Position numbers and translations under genes: made by a program. A DNA stretch of 64,000 bases from Bacillota bacterium. Its GTDB lineage: Bacteria > Bacillota > Sulfobacillia > JAJZYS01 > JAJZLH01. Below, piece by piece: positions 18,031 through 27,992 of this stretch. The notes beneath the pieces were generated by a model. The model was not told the DNA's origin. It made no database searches and saw nothing but the letters and a program-made list of their open reading frames with translations. Every line of letters starts with the position of its first letter. The first letter of the stretch is position 1. Location of the stretch: the NCBI GenBank assembly GCA_021850485.1, contig JAJZLY010000008.1:21879-85878 (forward strand), given 5' to 3'.

Positions 18031-18831
18031 GTGTGTGCGGACCAGCTGCCGCTGGTTGGCAAGTCGGCGCTGGTCACCGGTGCCAGCAGCGGCCTTGGCT
18101 TGGCCATGGCCGAGGCGTTGCTGAGGGCAGGTGCCAAGGTGGCAGTTGCGGCCCGAGCCGGTCCCCGGCTGGATTTTGTGATGGACACTTGGCACAAGGC
18201 CGCACTCCCAGCCGAGCGACTGGCCATCGACGTTCGGGATGCCGCCTCGGTGGCCGCCGCAGCACAGTGGATCGGATCGCACTGGGACCACCTCGATCTG
18301 GTCGTGAACAATGCTGGTATTGGCATGCGCACGGTGAACCCGGCTTTCATGAGCGAGCCGATGCCGTTTCATCTGATTGCGGTTGAGAAATTCCAAGATC
18401 TGATCGCCACCAACCTAACCGGCTACTTCCATGTCGCCCGCGCCTTTGCGCCACTATTCATCGCCCAGGGCCACGGTTCTTTTGTGAACATCACCATGAA
18501 CCACTCCACCATGCGCCGGGCCGGCTTCATCCCCTACGGACCGTCCCGGGCCGCCACCGAGTCCTTGAGCCTGATCATGGCCGAGGATTTGAAGCCATAT
18601 GGCATCGATGTGAACATGTTGTTGCCCGGCGGTGCCACCCGTACGGGCATGATTCCGGACGAGGCGGCGCCTGGCGGTCTGATCGACCCGGCGGTGATGG
18701 GTCCGCCGATTGTGTTTTTGGCGTCAGACCAGGCCCGCGGCATCACCGGCCAACGCATCGTGGCCAACGACTGGGAGCGCTGGCGGTCCGACTGGCAGGC
18801 AGGTACGATTGCACGGGGTAGTCCTGGGTGA
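18031..18831 (+). CDS. Short-chain dehydrogenase/reductase (SDR)
   Basis: ALVTGASSGLGLAMA Rossmann motif and NNAG. 266 aa. GTG start 3 nt after the AKR stop. Confidence 0.8.
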   Translation: MCADQLPLVGKSALVTGASSGLGLAMAEALLRAGAKVAVAARAGPRLDFVMDTWHKAALPAERLAIDVRDAASVAAAAQWIGSHWDHLDLVVNNAGIGMRTVNPAFMSEPMPFHLIAVEKFQDLIATNLTGYFHVARAFAPLFIAQGHGSFVNITMNHSTMRRAGFIPYGPSRAATESLSLIMAEDLKPYGIDVNMLLPGGATRTGMIPDEAAPGGLIDPAVMGPPIVFLASDQARGITGQRIVANDWERWRSDWQAGTIARGSPG

Positions 18832-18873
18832 GCCAAGGTTTATCCGCTAGCAGCTGCGGTTCGTGCCAATGTT

Positions 18874-19686
18874 TTGGAGGTGTCGGTGATGCGCGATGAG
18901 CAGGTCAGTTTCGTCGGCTCTTTGGGTCAGACCATTCCCGCCTTCGTGGCCGTCCCGGACGATTCAGCCACCGCCTACCCGGCGGTCATCGTTATCCATG
19001 AGATCTGGGGGCTGGACGACCATATCAAAGGCGTAGCGCGGCGTCTTGCCCAGGAGGGCTATCTGGCCCTCGCCCCCCAGCTTTACGTCGGTGAATTCGA
19101 ACAGGCGATGCGCCCGGAGCGGATTATGGCCGGTATGCAGGTGATGCGTTCCGCGCCTGCGGAGGTGCAGCGTGACCCCAGGCTGTTGGAGCAGTCCCTG
19201 GCAGATCGCCCGGCAGACGAGCGGGCGGCGATCATGACGTTGGTCAAGGTGATGTCAGCTGAGACGCGCAAGCGCTTTCGGGATGACCTCTTAGGCGCCG
19301 TTTCCTACTTGGAGCAGCGGCCGGATGTTGATCCCGACAAGATCGCCAGTCTGGGCTTTTGCATGGGCGGCGGACTGGCCGTAGCGCTGGCGACCCAGGC
19401 ATCTAACTTGTGGAAGACGGTCATCTTCTACGGCGACCACCCCCCCTTGGAGGATGTGCCCGCCATCCACGCTCAGGTGTTGGGGCTCTATGGCGGCACC
19501 GACGCCCGCATCACCGACAATGTGCCCGCCTTCTCAGCAGCGATGGCCCAAGCTGGGCGGTCTTTCACCTCTCACGTCTATCCCGGTGCCGGCCACGCCT
19601 TCTTCAACGACTCCCGGCCCGCCGCCTATCACCAAGAAGCGGCCCACGACGCCTGGCTGAAGGTGAAGGCGTTTTTGGCCAGTTGA
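18874..19686 (+). CDS. Dienelactone hydrolase family protein
   Basis: PAVIVIHEIWGLDDHIK...LGFCMGG...GAGHAF are typical dienelactone hydrolase blocks (nucleophile Cys in GFCMGG). Confidence 0.8.
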   Translation: MEVSVMRDEQVSFVGSLGQTIPAFVAVPDDSATAYPAVIVIHEIWGLDDHIKGVARRLAQEGYLALAPQLYVGEFEQAMRPERIMAGMQVMRSAPAEVQRDPRLLEQSLADRPADERAAIMTLVKVMSAETRKRFRDDLLGAVSYLEQRPDVDPDKIASLGFCMGGGLAVALATQASNLWKTVIFYGDHPPLEDVPAIHAQVLGLYGGTDARITDNVPAFSAAMAQAGRSFTSHVYPGAGHAFFNDSRPAAYHQEAAHDAWLKVKAFLAS

Positions 19687-19708
19687 CCTCCGCTGGCCCT
19701 CCCTACAC

Positions 19709-21127
19709 CTAATCGGCGGTAGGCCGCACCGCTGGCCCCAGGGTCAGACACCGGTTCGCCACTTGGGTTCTGAAGTGGCGGTCGTGTGACACGAACAACA
19801 CGGCACCAGGGAAGGCACAAAGCGCCAGCGCCAGAGCCTGACGACCCTCCAGGTCGAGATGGTTGGTCGGCTCGTCGAGAAGGAGCAGGTCGGGGCCACC
19901 GACCAGCGCCAGGCAAAATCCCAGCCGCACCCGTTCACCGGGGCTGAGCGTTTTGGCTGGCCGCAGTGCGCTGTCCGCACCGAGCCGGAAGTGTCCCAGC
20001 AGGCTGCGGGCCATAGAAGCGTCTGGAGCGCCGGCGTCCAACAGCTGGCGCAAAGGGGTCCGGATCGGATCAACCCCGCCCTCCTGACGGAAGAGCAAGA
20101 TCTTGGCCGCCGGATGCACAGCGAGTTTTCCGTCCATCGTGCCGACCGCTGCCGATCCGGTATCCGTTTGCCTCGACGCGGCGATCAAGTTGAGCAGTGT
20201 CGTTTTGCCGCTGCCGTTTACCCCAATCACACCCACCTTTTCGCCGCGGCCAATCTCAAGTCTGGCCAGCTCGAGGGCTGGTGCCAATCCGCCGCTGTAC
20301 GTGTAGGTGACGCCCTGGGCGCTGACCACCAACGGTGGCAGGCGGCTAGGTGGCAAGAAGGCGAACGAGAGGCCATGTTCTTGCCACGGCTTGGCGACCT
20401 TGTCCTGCTCCAACCGACCCAGCCGCCGCTCGGTGGCGATCGCCTGCTTCATGGCCTTGGCCGCTCTCTTCTTGCCGTAGGGATTTCGCTCGCCAGCGTC
20501 TCGATGGGCCTTTTCCGCCCACTGCCGCCGGCGCTGGGCCGCCTGTGCCACATGGTCGCGCTGACGCTGCCAGGATTGGTGCGCTCGTATCGCGGACGTC
20601 TGCTCTGTGGCTCGGGCCTCCAGATAACCGGCGAATCCACCACCGTAGCTGCGCAGTTCGCCGCGCTCTAGGTGCAACACTCTGGTGGCGACCGCCGCTA
20701 CGAAGGCTTGGTCATGGCAGGCGAACAAGAGGGCACCGGAAAACGCCTTCAGCCGCCGCTCCAACCAGTCCATGTGCTGCTCGTCAAGATGGTTGGTGGG
20801 CTCGTCGAGAAGCAACAGCCGCGGCCGGTTGCCGAGGGCGGCGGCCAGTTGACGGTACATGCGCTCGCCGCCGCTGAGCGGATCGTCCAGGTCCTCGGCG
20901 GCCTCTTGGGCCACGTACGCCACGGCTGAAGGCTCCGGTGCCTGCAGGGTGGCCCCCTTGGCCAGCTCCATCTCGCCGGCGATCAGCCGCAGCAGCGTGG
21001 ATTTTCCGCACCCGTTGGGGCCGAGCAACGCCACGCGTTCGCCCTTGGCGACACTCAGCGACAGATTTTCAAATAGGGGATTGGTGGCAAAGGTGACCGT
21101 GACGCAGCGCAACTCCAACAACCGCAT
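19709..21127 (-). CDS. ABC-F family ATPase (tandem ABC domains, no transmembrane domain)
   Basis: Two Walker A sites (GPNGCGKST; GVNGSGKTT), two signature and Walker B blocks (LLLLDEPTNHLD twice), and an Arg/Lys-rich interdomain linker. Start MRLLEL. Confidence 0.85.
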   Translation of the reverse strand: MRLLELRCVTVTFATNPLFENLSLSVAKGERVALLGPNGCGKSTLLRLIAGEMELAKGATLQAPEPSAVAYVAQEAAEDLDDPLSGGERMYRQLAAALGNRPRLLLLDEPTNHLDEQHMDWLERRLKAFSGALLFACHDQAFVAAVATRVLHLERGELRSYGGGFAGYLEARATEQTSAIRAHQSWQRQRDHVAQAAQRRRQWAEKAHRDAGERNPYGKKRAAKAMKQAIATERRLGRLEQDKVAKPWQEHGLSFAFLPPSRLPPLVVSAQGVTYTYSGGLAPALELARLEIGRGEKVGVIGVNGSGKTTLLNLIAASRQTDTGSAAVGTMDGKLAVHPAAKILLFRQEGGVDPIRTPLRQLLDAGAPDASMARSLLGHFRLGADSALRPAKTLSPGERVRLGFCLALVGGPDLLLLDEPTNHLDLEGRQALALALCAFPGAVLFVSHDRHFRTQVANRCLTLGPAVRPTAD

Positions 21128-21306
21128 TCGCCCTCCCGGGCAGGCCACCAAAAAGGGTGTCCTGGTAGGCTGCCCCGGGCCAGGTGGGCCCGAGGTGCTA
21201 GGCCGAAACCGCGGTTGCCTTCATGTCATCCTCCTGATGGCTAACTAGTGGGAGTCTATCAGGCGCTGGAAATGCCGACAAGACTGGGATCGAGATCACC
21301 GCCCCT

Positions 21307-21897
21307 TCAGCTCGACCCCTGAGATGGCAGCAGTGTGAAGCCTGGCACCGTCACGCTGGGAATGTTGAGCAGTTGCCAGGGGCCGTTTGCCCCACCTTGC
21401 TGCGCCACCGTGACCACAAACGGCGAAGCACGCGTGATCTGGGCAGCTGGGCCGTAAGCGCCCATCACGTACACATAGAGCCACACGTCAAACTGGTAGG
21501 AAGTCACAGAGGGCCGGGCGATCCCGATGACCTCGTAACTCACATTGGAACCACCCGCCATGCCGAACAAGGCTTGGCCTGAGAAGCTACGCAAGGAAGG
21601 GCGCTGACTGGGAACCAGCAAAGACGCGGCAGCGGTGGCGTTGTTGGCCTGCCAGTCCTGAAGGAAGCGGTCGACAGCGGCTAACGCGTCCTGGTAGCTC
21701 TGCGGCGTCTTGTCCAGCGCCCCGATCGAGATTTGACCTGCCGGCGCATCCGCCTCGTCCGCTGTTCGCTTGTGCGCTGCCTGATTGGCGGCTCCCGGCG
21801 ACGACGCCGGTGGAGCTGTCCCACATCCGGCCAGGAGTAGGCCAATGACGACCCAGCAGGCTACTAAAGCTTGCTTCACAGCGCACCTCCATCCCAC
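21307..21897 (-). CDS. Hypothetical lipoprotein
   Basis: Signal peptide with lipobox LLAGC. No recognisable catalytic motifs. Confidence 0.5.
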   Translation of the reverse strand: MGWRCAVKQALVACWVVIGLLLAGCGTAPPASSPGAANQAAHKRTADEADAPAGQISIGALDKTPQSYQDALAAVDRFLQDWQANNATAAASLLVPSQRPSLRSFSGQALFGMAGGSNVSYEVIGIARPSVTSYQFDVWLYVYVMGAYGPAAQITRASPFVVTVAQQGGANGPWQLLNIPSVTVPGFTLLPSQGSS

Positions 21898-21989
21898 GTC
21901 GCAGCCGGCACCGGTGTGGCCTGTGGCAGACGCCGCTGCCAGTCATCAGATGCCAAGATCTACCCTTGGGGTTCCGACGTAGGCTACAG

Positions 21990-22240
21990 CACGGCGAGCA
22001 CTTGATGGTCATTCCATTCGCCCTTCACCTACTCAATCTGCTGAAGGGAGACTTCAGGTGCGTCCCAATTCGTTCCACGAGCCTGGCGGATGGCCTGTTT
22101 CTGGCCGTCATCCGGGCGATGACGCAGTGCATAGCCAAGTTATCGAAACCGGGTTTCCACGACGCCCGGCCCGCTTCCGTGGCAACGCTCTGGCCCGGGG
22201 CCCTGACTCGGGTCAGAAGGACATCCGATAGGGAAGGTGG
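21990..22240 (-). pseudogene. Frameshifted, 5'-truncated fragment of a GNAT acetyltransferase gene (paralogue of the intact GNAT gene at 23738-24316)
   Basis: On the minus strand, ATEAGRASWKPGFDNLAMHCVIARMTARNRPSARLVERIGTHL corresponds to ATEAARALLELGFDRFGLHRIVGRLEARNRPSAAVLERLGMRLEAHL of the intact GNAT. A second frame gives VKGEWNDHQVLAVL* matching WVKGEWNDEQVYAILHAEW. Nucleotide identity is visible directly (GGATGGCCTGTTTCTGGCC is shared). Confidence 0.6.
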
Positions 22241-22290
22241 GCGCACCGTGAAACTCGTACCAACAGGGAAAGTGTTCGTGCCTCGCCACC

Positions 22291-23673
22291 TTGGCATCTA
22301 GGCGTCACAACCGAGGAGGACCAACTAGTGCGATCGAGGGCAGATGGCGGACCCAGATGGGCAAGCTGAGACTGCCGAGGGCCTGGCCAGTGGGTCTTGC
22401 CATCGTCATTGTCTGCGCCGTCTCGCTGGTGGCCAACCGGCAGCCGACGCAGCCAAACCCACCGGCGGTGCGCGAATTGGCATCTTTGGCACGGGTCCTC
22501 ATGGCCAAGGACCCGATCCTCGCCCAGCCGGTTCAGCGCCAGCAGTTCGAACAGCTCGTCAGCAGACTTGAGACGCAAGCTCGCAACGACCCCAACGCCC
22601 CCTATTGGCTGACCTGGCAGCGACTCAATGACCTGACCGTGTTCTTGCACAGCCCGGACACGAACGCGTATTTCTCGACAGCCTCGCCCACCGAATTTCC
22701 GCTGGCCTTCGTCTGGACAGCAGATGGGATCGCCGTCTCTCCGGCTGCCGCCGACATCGCACTGTTCCCTGCGGACTCCCAGCTGGTGTCCTTAGGCGGC
22801 CTCAGCCCACAACAGCTTCTCTCTCGGCTGCAAGTCGTACTGCCAGGCAACCCCTATTGGGTCAGACGGCTCGGGCAGAGTTTATTGCCGTTCCCATACC
22901 TGTTGCACTGGATTGGTGCGCTTGGTCCAAGCGGACAGCTCAGCCTGACGGTGCAAGAGCCAAGCGGGCGCTTGGTCACGCGTTCGCTGACCGCAGTGAA
23001 GGTGCCCGCCCAGCCCCACCTTGCCACCAGCACGGTGGCCCGTTGGTCGATTGATACTGTCCACGGCTACGGCCTGCTTTGCATCTACACCATGGCCTTT
23101 AACCGCACCATGCTCAGCGACCTCAAGGCCTTCTTCGCGGCGGTCAAGCAGTCCGGGGTTAAGCGGATCCTGATCGATGTACGCTCGAACACTGGTGGCA
23201 ATAGCTGTGTCACCAACGCCGTGTTGGTCTACCTACCGAACCCTGCAGGCGTCTCTCAGTGCGGCCTTCTCACCATGGTCCCGGATCAAGCCCTCATGTT
23301 CCACGGGCAGGTCATCGTCGCCCAGGGGTGGGCAACGTCAGGTTCTGCGGCGAGCTTTACGAGCGGACTCAGCGCCCTGCCCGAGGTGACAATCGTCGGG
23401 GCGCCCACCGGTGGCAACCCCAGCGGAGACATCGGCAATGTGGTTCCGTTCCAGATTGCCGGGTCATCTCCGCTGCTGCGCGGACAGGTCGGCACCCAGC
23501 AGTTCTGCCTGCCCCCGGCACCACAGTGGTCTCCGAATCGTACCCTGCCCACGCTGGCAGGCGGATGCCTATTGATTGAGAGCGTCTTGCCCCAGGTCTC
23601 CTTGCCGCTCACCTTGCAAGACCTCAGGAGCCATACGGACCCGGTCATCCAGTGGATGAACGCCCAGCCGTAG
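22291..23673 (+). CDS. Secreted S41-family (C-terminal processing / tail-specific) peptidase-like protein
   Basis: N-terminal TM/signal segment (WPVGLAIVIVCAVSLVA). KRILIDVRSNTGGNS and ATSGSAASFTSG resemble S41 peptidase catalytic-serine blocks. The true start is probably at the internal Met (about 22357). Confidence 0.65.
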   Translation: MASRRHNRGGPTSAIEGRWRTQMGKLRLPRAWPVGLAIVIVCAVSLVANRQPTQPNPPAVRELASLARVLMAKDPILAQPVQRQQFEQLVSRLETQARNDPNAPYWLTWQRLNDLTVFLHSPDTNAYFSTASPTEFPLAFVWTADGIAVSPAAADIALFPADSQLVSLGGLSPQQLLSRLQVVLPGNPYWVRRLGQSLLPFPYLLHWIGALGPSGQLSLTVQEPSGRLVTRSLTAVKVPAQPHLATSTVARWSIDTVHGYGLLCIYTMAFNRTMLSDLKAFFAAVKQSGVKRILIDVRSNTGGNSCVTNAVLVYLPNPAGVSQCGLLTMVPDQALMFHGQVIVAQGWATSGSAASFTSGLSALPEVTIVGAPTGGNPSGDIGNVVPFQIAGSSPLLRGQVGTQQFCLPPAPQWSPNRTLPTLAGGCLLIESVLPQVSLPLTLQDLRSHTDPVIQWMNAQP

Positions 23674-23737
23674 GCGAGCCGGTACGACGCTGGACTCATC
23701 CCTGCGGCCTGCCGTGGCGGCGCTCGCCGCTCTGGGC

Positions 23738-24316
23738 CTAGTCCTTGTCGATGGCGTCCCACTCTGCGTGCAAGATGGCGTACACCTGCTCGTCATTCCA
23801 CTCGCCTTTGACCCACTCGTTTTCCCGCAGGTGCGCCTCCAGGCGCATCCCCAGCCGCTCCAAGACCGCAGCCGATGGCCTGTTTCTGGCCTCCAGGCGA
23901 CCGACGATGCGGTGCAGGCCGAAGCGATCGAAGCCGAGTTCGAGCAGCGCGCGCGCCGCCTCGGTGGCAAAGCCGTGACCATGGTGATCGGGATGAAGCA
24001 TGAAACCGATCTCACCCTGGCTGTGGACTTCACTGAGCCACCGCAGCATGACCTCGCCGATGAGCTGGCCGGAGTCGCGCCGGCAGATCGCCAGGCTGAT
24101 CGCATCTCCCTCCTCGTCGAGGCCCACCTGGGCGATCCAGCGGCTGAGCAGGTCGCGGGTCTCGTCGCGGCCCAATACTGGCCAGTACAGATAGCGAGTG
24201 ACATCTTGGCGCGAGAAGATGGCGAACAGATCCGCCAAGTCGTCTTTTTGAAATTGGCGCAATGACAGGCGGTCGGTTTCGATCGGATAGCTGGGGTGCA
24301 GGCTGGGCATGTCCAT
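23738..24316 (-). CDS. GNAT family N-acetyltransferase (RimJ/RimL-like)
   Basis: 192 aa. ETDRLSLRQFQKDDLADLFAIF N-terminus and an HGHGFATEAARALLELGF acetyl-CoA-binding region. Confidence 0.8.
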   Translation of the reverse strand: MDMPSLHPSYPIETDRLSLRQFQKDDLADLFAIFSRQDVTRYLYWPVLGRDETRDLLSRWIAQVGLDEEGDAISLAICRRDSGQLIGEVMLRWLSEVHSQGEIGFMLHPDHHGHGFATEAARALLELGFDRFGLHRIVGRLEARNRPSAAVLERLGMRLEAHLRENEWVKGEWNDEQVYAILHAEWDAIDKD

Positions 24317-24340
24317 TATCTCCTGTGTCCGAAGTGCGCC

Positions 24341-25372
24341 CTAGGCCGGGATCTCCAAAACCACCTTGCCAACCGCCCGCCGCTCTTCCAGATGCTGATG
24401 GGCGGCTTGCGCCTCAGCCAGCGGGAAGGTGCGGTCGATCACCGGCAAGATGCGGCCGTCCTCCACCCAGCGCCAGGCCTCGTGCAGTTCGCCCTTCGAT
24501 CCCATGTAGTCGCCAAAGATCGACAGCTGGCGGCTATACAGGTAGCGCAAATCCGTCATTGCCTGGTGGCCAGTGGTGGAACCGCAGGTGACCAGCCGGC
24601 CGCCGGGCCTAAGACTCTTCAAGCTGGCCTCCCAGGTAGCCTCTCCGACGTGCTCGAACACGATGTCCACGCCTCTTTTTTGGGTCAGCTCTCGCACCCG
24701 CTGGGCGATGTCCTCTTGGCTGTGGTCAATCACCAAATCGGCACCGATTGTCCGTGCCTGGTCCAGCTTTGCGCTTTGAGCGGTGGCGATCACCTGGGCG
24801 CCAAACAGCTTGGCCACCTGCACCGCCATCGAGCCCACGCCGCTGGTGCCGCCCAGCACCAACACGGTCTCCCCGGGGCGGATTTTGGCCAAGCCGACCA
24901 GCATATGCCAGGCCGTGACCAGCACTAGGGGCAGGGCTGCCGCCTGCAGCGCGCTGAGCCGAGCAGGCAACCCCAGCAGATTGGCCTCTGGCACCGCCAC
25001 CTGCTGGGCGTAGGTCCCGTCTGGGCCGGCACCGATGATCACGTACTGAGGGCACAGGTTGTCCCGACCGCTCAGGCACTCTCGGCACACGCCACAAGAC
25101 AGGCCCGGGCTGATCGCCACCTGGTCGCCTTCCTTGGCCCGGCGCACCCCTGGTCCGACCTTCGCCACCACACCGGCGCCGTCTGAACCGCCGATGTGCG
25201 GCATGGTCACCCGAGCGCCGTAGACGCCTTCTCTGACCCAGACATCGAGGTGATTGATTCCAGCGGCGGCCAACTGGACCACCACCTGACCCGGTCCGGC
25301 CTCCGGCGCTGGAGCGTCCTCGAAGCTAAGGACGCTGCGGTCGCCGTATGCGTGGTAGCGGATCGCCTTCAT
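24341..25372 (-). CDS. Medium-chain dehydrogenase/reductase (zinc-type alcohol dehydrogenase-like / quinone oxidoreductase)
   Basis: 343 aa. Structural-zinc Cys cluster CGVCRECLSGRDNLC and a GxGxxG NAD(P)-binding segment (VLGGTSGVGSMAV). Confidence 0.8.
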   Translation of the reverse strand: MKAIRYHAYGDRSVLSFEDAPAPEAGPGQVVVQLAAAGINHLDVWVREGVYGARVTMPHIGGSDGAGVVAKVGPGVRRAKEGDQVAISPGLSCGVCRECLSGRDNLCPQYVIIGAGPDGTYAQQVAVPEANLLGLPARLSALQAAALPLVLVTAWHMLVGLAKIRPGETVLVLGGTSGVGSMAVQVAKLFGAQVIATAQSAKLDQARTIGADLVIDHSQEDIAQRVRELTQKRGVDIVFEHVGEATWEASLKSLRPGGRLVTCGSTTGHQAMTDLRYLYSRQLSIFGDYMGSKGELHEAWRWVEDGRILPVIDRTFPLAEAQAAHQHLEERRAVGKVVLEIPA

Positions 25373-25391
25373 CCAGACTCCCTCCCCCAGC

Positions 25392-26918
25392 TCACTCCCA
25401 CTCGATGGTGCCAGGTGGCTTCGAGGTGATGTCGTAGACCACCCGGCCCACTCCTGCCACCTCGCTCACGATGCGGTTGGCCATCTTCTCCAAAAGGTCG
25501 TGCGGCAGTCGTCCCCAGTCGGCGGTCATGCCGTCCGCCGAGGTGACTGCGCGAATCGCCACCACCTCATGGTAGGTGCGTCCGTCTCCCATCACACCGA
25601 CCGATCGAGCCCCGGTCAGCACTGCGAAGTATTGCCAGAGCTTTTGGCTGGCGCCAGCCTGTTCGATCTCGGCAGTCACGATGGCGTCTGCCGCCCTGGC
25701 GATCTCCAGGCGGCCGGCATCGATTTCGCCCACCACCCGCACCGCCAAGCCCGGTCCGGGAAAGGGCTGACGGTCCACCAGCCGGGCCGGCAGCCCCAGT
25801 TCGCGCCCGATCGCGCGCACTTCGTCCTTGAACAGGTCGCGCAGCGGTTCGACCAGCTCAAACCCAATCTCCGCAGGCAGTCCACCGACGTTGTGGTGAC
25901 TCTTGATCACCGCCGCCTGGCCACTGCCCGACTCGATCACGTCCGGGTACAGGGTGCCTTGCACCAAGAAACTGTAGCCGCTGAGCGTGGCGGCCTCCTT
26001 GCGGAAGGTGTCGATGAACATCCGCCCGATCTCTTTTCGCTTGAGCTCGGGGTCAGTGACCCCTTTGAGCCCGGCTAAAAACACGTCCTTGGCGTCCACC
26101 TTGCGAAACGGCAGCGGATAGTCGGTGGTGAATCCTGCTTCCACCAACTCAGCCTCGCCCTGGCGGAGCAGCCCATGGTCTACAAACACGGCCAGCAGCC
26201 GGCTGCCGATCGCCCGGTGGACCAAAGCTGCCGCCACTGCCGAGTCGACGCCCCCCGACAAGGCGACGATCGCCCGGCCATCGCCGACCTGTTGGCGCAC
26301 CCGCGCCACAGCCAGCGAGATGGCATCGCCTGTCGTCCAGTCCGGAGTCAGTCCGGCCCCAGAGTGCAGAAAATTTGCAAGCATGTCCGTTCCCCGATCG
26401 GTGTGCGCCACCTCCGGATGAAATTGCACGGCAAATAACCGCCGCTGTTTGTCTTCCATTGCCGCCACCGGCACGGCTCGGGTCCGGCCCACGGCCCGAA
26501 AGCCGGCCGGGGGCGCACTCACAGTGTCGCCGTGGCTCATCCAGACGGTCAGGTAGCGGGGCAGGCCCGTGAACAGCACAGACGGTTCGGTGGAGAGATC
26601 GGCCCGCCCGTACTCTCTGGTCTCACCGCTGCTCAAGGTGCCTCCCAGAGCATGGGCCAGCAGATGCATGCCGTAACAAATACCCAAGGTGGGCAGGCCG
26701 CTTTGCAAAACGGCTGCCGGCAGGGCCTTGGCGCCAGGGGCCACCACGCTGTCTGGTCCGCCGGTCAAGATCAGGGCCTGCGGATTGCGCTCCAAGATGG
26801 CCTGGTCGGCCTGGGTGTGCGCTACGATCTCCGAATAAAATCCCAGTTCGCGCACCCGACGGGCGATCAGCTGGGCGTATTGGGCACCGAAATCGATGAC
26901 CAGTACTGGACGGCTCAC
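25392..26918 (-). CDS. guaA: GMP synthase (glutamine-hydrolysing)
   Basis: 508 aa. GATase N-terminal domain, ATP-pyrophosphatase SGGVDS motif and the C-terminal dimerisation domain. Confidence 0.92.
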   Translation of the reverse strand: MSRPVLVIDFGAQYAQLIARRVRELGFYSEIVAHTQADQAILERNPQALILTGGPDSVVAPGAKALPAAVLQSGLPTLGICYGMHLLAHALGGTLSSGETREYGRADLSTEPSVLFTGLPRYLTVWMSHGDTVSAPPAGFRAVGRTRAVPVAAMEDKQRRLFAVQFHPEVAHTDRGTDMLANFLHSGAGLTPDWTTGDAISLAVARVRQQVGDGRAIVALSGGVDSAVAAALVHRAIGSRLLAVFVDHGLLRQGEAELVEAGFTTDYPLPFRKVDAKDVFLAGLKGVTDPELKRKEIGRMFIDTFRKEAATLSGYSFLVQGTLYPDVIESGSGQAAVIKSHHNVGGLPAEIGFELVEPLRDLFKDEVRAIGRELGLPARLVDRQPFPGPGLAVRVVGEIDAGRLEIARAADAIVTAEIEQAGASQKLWQYFAVLTGARSVGVMGDGRTYHEVVAIRAVTSADGMTADWGRLPHDLLEKMANRIVSEVAGVGRVVYDITSKPPGTIEWE

Positions 26919-27451
26919 GAGGCATCCTCGCCCAGCACCATCAGGTCCGGCAGGTTGCGGTACAGTCCAGAATAGTCCAGACCATAGCCGACCACGAAGG
27001 CATCGGGGATCACAAATCCGGTGTAGTCGACGGTCACATCCACCTGACGGTGGCTGATCTTGTCCAGCAACACGGCGACTTCCAGCGAAGCGGGCTTTTT
27101 GCCGAGCAGATGGGACTGCAAGTAGCGCAAGGTGAGGCCGGTGTCCACGATATCCTCGACTAGCAGCACGTGCCGGCCGTCCAGGTCCTCGCTCACGTCG
27201 CGGGTGATGTTCACGATCCCGGAAGAGCGGGTGCTGGTGCCGTAGCTCTCGACCGCCACAAATTCGACAGACAGCGGCAGTCGCAGTTCGCGCATCAGAT
27301 CAGAGGCAAAGATCACGGCTCCTCGCAGCACCGTCACCACCAGCAGCGGGTCCGGATGGTGGTGGCGAGTCTCGATGGCCCGGGCCATCTCTTGGACCTT
27401 GGCAGCGATCTCCTGGCGGTCAATCAGCACGCGTTGCGGCGTCAAGGACAC
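26915..27451 (-). CDS. hpt: Hypoxanthine-guanine phosphoribosyltransferase
   Basis: 178 aa. PRPP-binding motif VLLVEDIVDTGLTL. Confidence 0.88.
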   Translation of the reverse strand: MSLTPQRVLIDRQEIAAKVQEMARAIETRHHHPDPLLVVTVLRGAVIFASDLMRELRLPLSVEFVAVESYGTSTRSSGIVNITRDVSEDLDGRHVLLVEDIVDTGLTLRYLQSHLLGKKPASLEVAVLLDKISHRQVDVTVDYTGFVIPDAFVVGYGLDYSGLYRNLPDLMVLGEDAS

Positions 27452-27958
27452 CTAGACATCCTCCTCTTCGTGTCCTGGCCGCACGTAGGTGCCGCTCTTG
27501 CCGCCCTCTTTGCGAATCAGGCGGACGCCGCCCAAGATGGCGCTGCGATCCACGCCCTTCACCATGTCGTACAGCGCCAGACCGCTGACCGTGACCGCGA
27601 CCAGGGCCTCCATTTCAGCTCCGGTGCGGGCCGTGGTCTGCACCCGGGCGCGAATGCGCACCCCTTCCGCTTCCAGGCCAAGGGTCACCTCGACGGCATC
27701 CAGGGCCAAGGGATGGCACAGCGGGATCAACTCCGCCGTCCGCTTGGCTGCCATGATCCCGGCCAGCCGACCCACGGCCAAGGCATCTCCTTTGGCCAGT
27801 CCACCTTGCCGCAGCAAGGCCAAGGTCTCCGGCTCCAGCGCCAAAAACGCCTCGGCAACAGCCAGCCGCCGGCTGACCTCTTTTTGGCCAACGTCCACCA
27901 TGTGCATCTCGCCACTGGCAGTGAGGTGGGTCAGCCGTCGATCGCCACTGGTCACGGC
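27452..27958 (-). CDS. moaC: Cyclic pyranopterin monophosphate synthase MoaC
   Basis: LTHL...GEMHMVDVGQKEV...IPLCHPL blocks match MoaC. Start placed at the GTG at 27958 (VTSGD) to avoid overlapping the upstream dehydrogenase gene. The ORF-track extension to 28171 is rejected. Confidence 0.8.
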   Translation of the reverse strand, partial: AVTSGDRRLTHLTASGEMHMVDVGQKEVSRRLAVAEAFLALEPETLALLRQGGLAKGDALAVGRLAGIMAAKRTAELIPLCHPLALDAVEVTLGLEAEGVRIRARVQTTARTGAEMEALVAVTVSGLALYDMVKGVDRSAILGGVRLIRKEGGKSGTYVRPGHEEEDV

Positions 27959-27992
27959 GCCACCGGTCCTTTCTGCCGTCTGCTCGAGCCCA

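Noticed and set aside
21966-22301. Two long overlapping ORFs (111 aa plus strand and 90 aa minus strand) between the lipoprotein and S41 peptidase genes
   Set aside because: They are read-through frames of a frameshifted GNAT pseudogene fragment. The plus-strand ORF is antisense to it. Neither has an independent ribosome binding site or motif.
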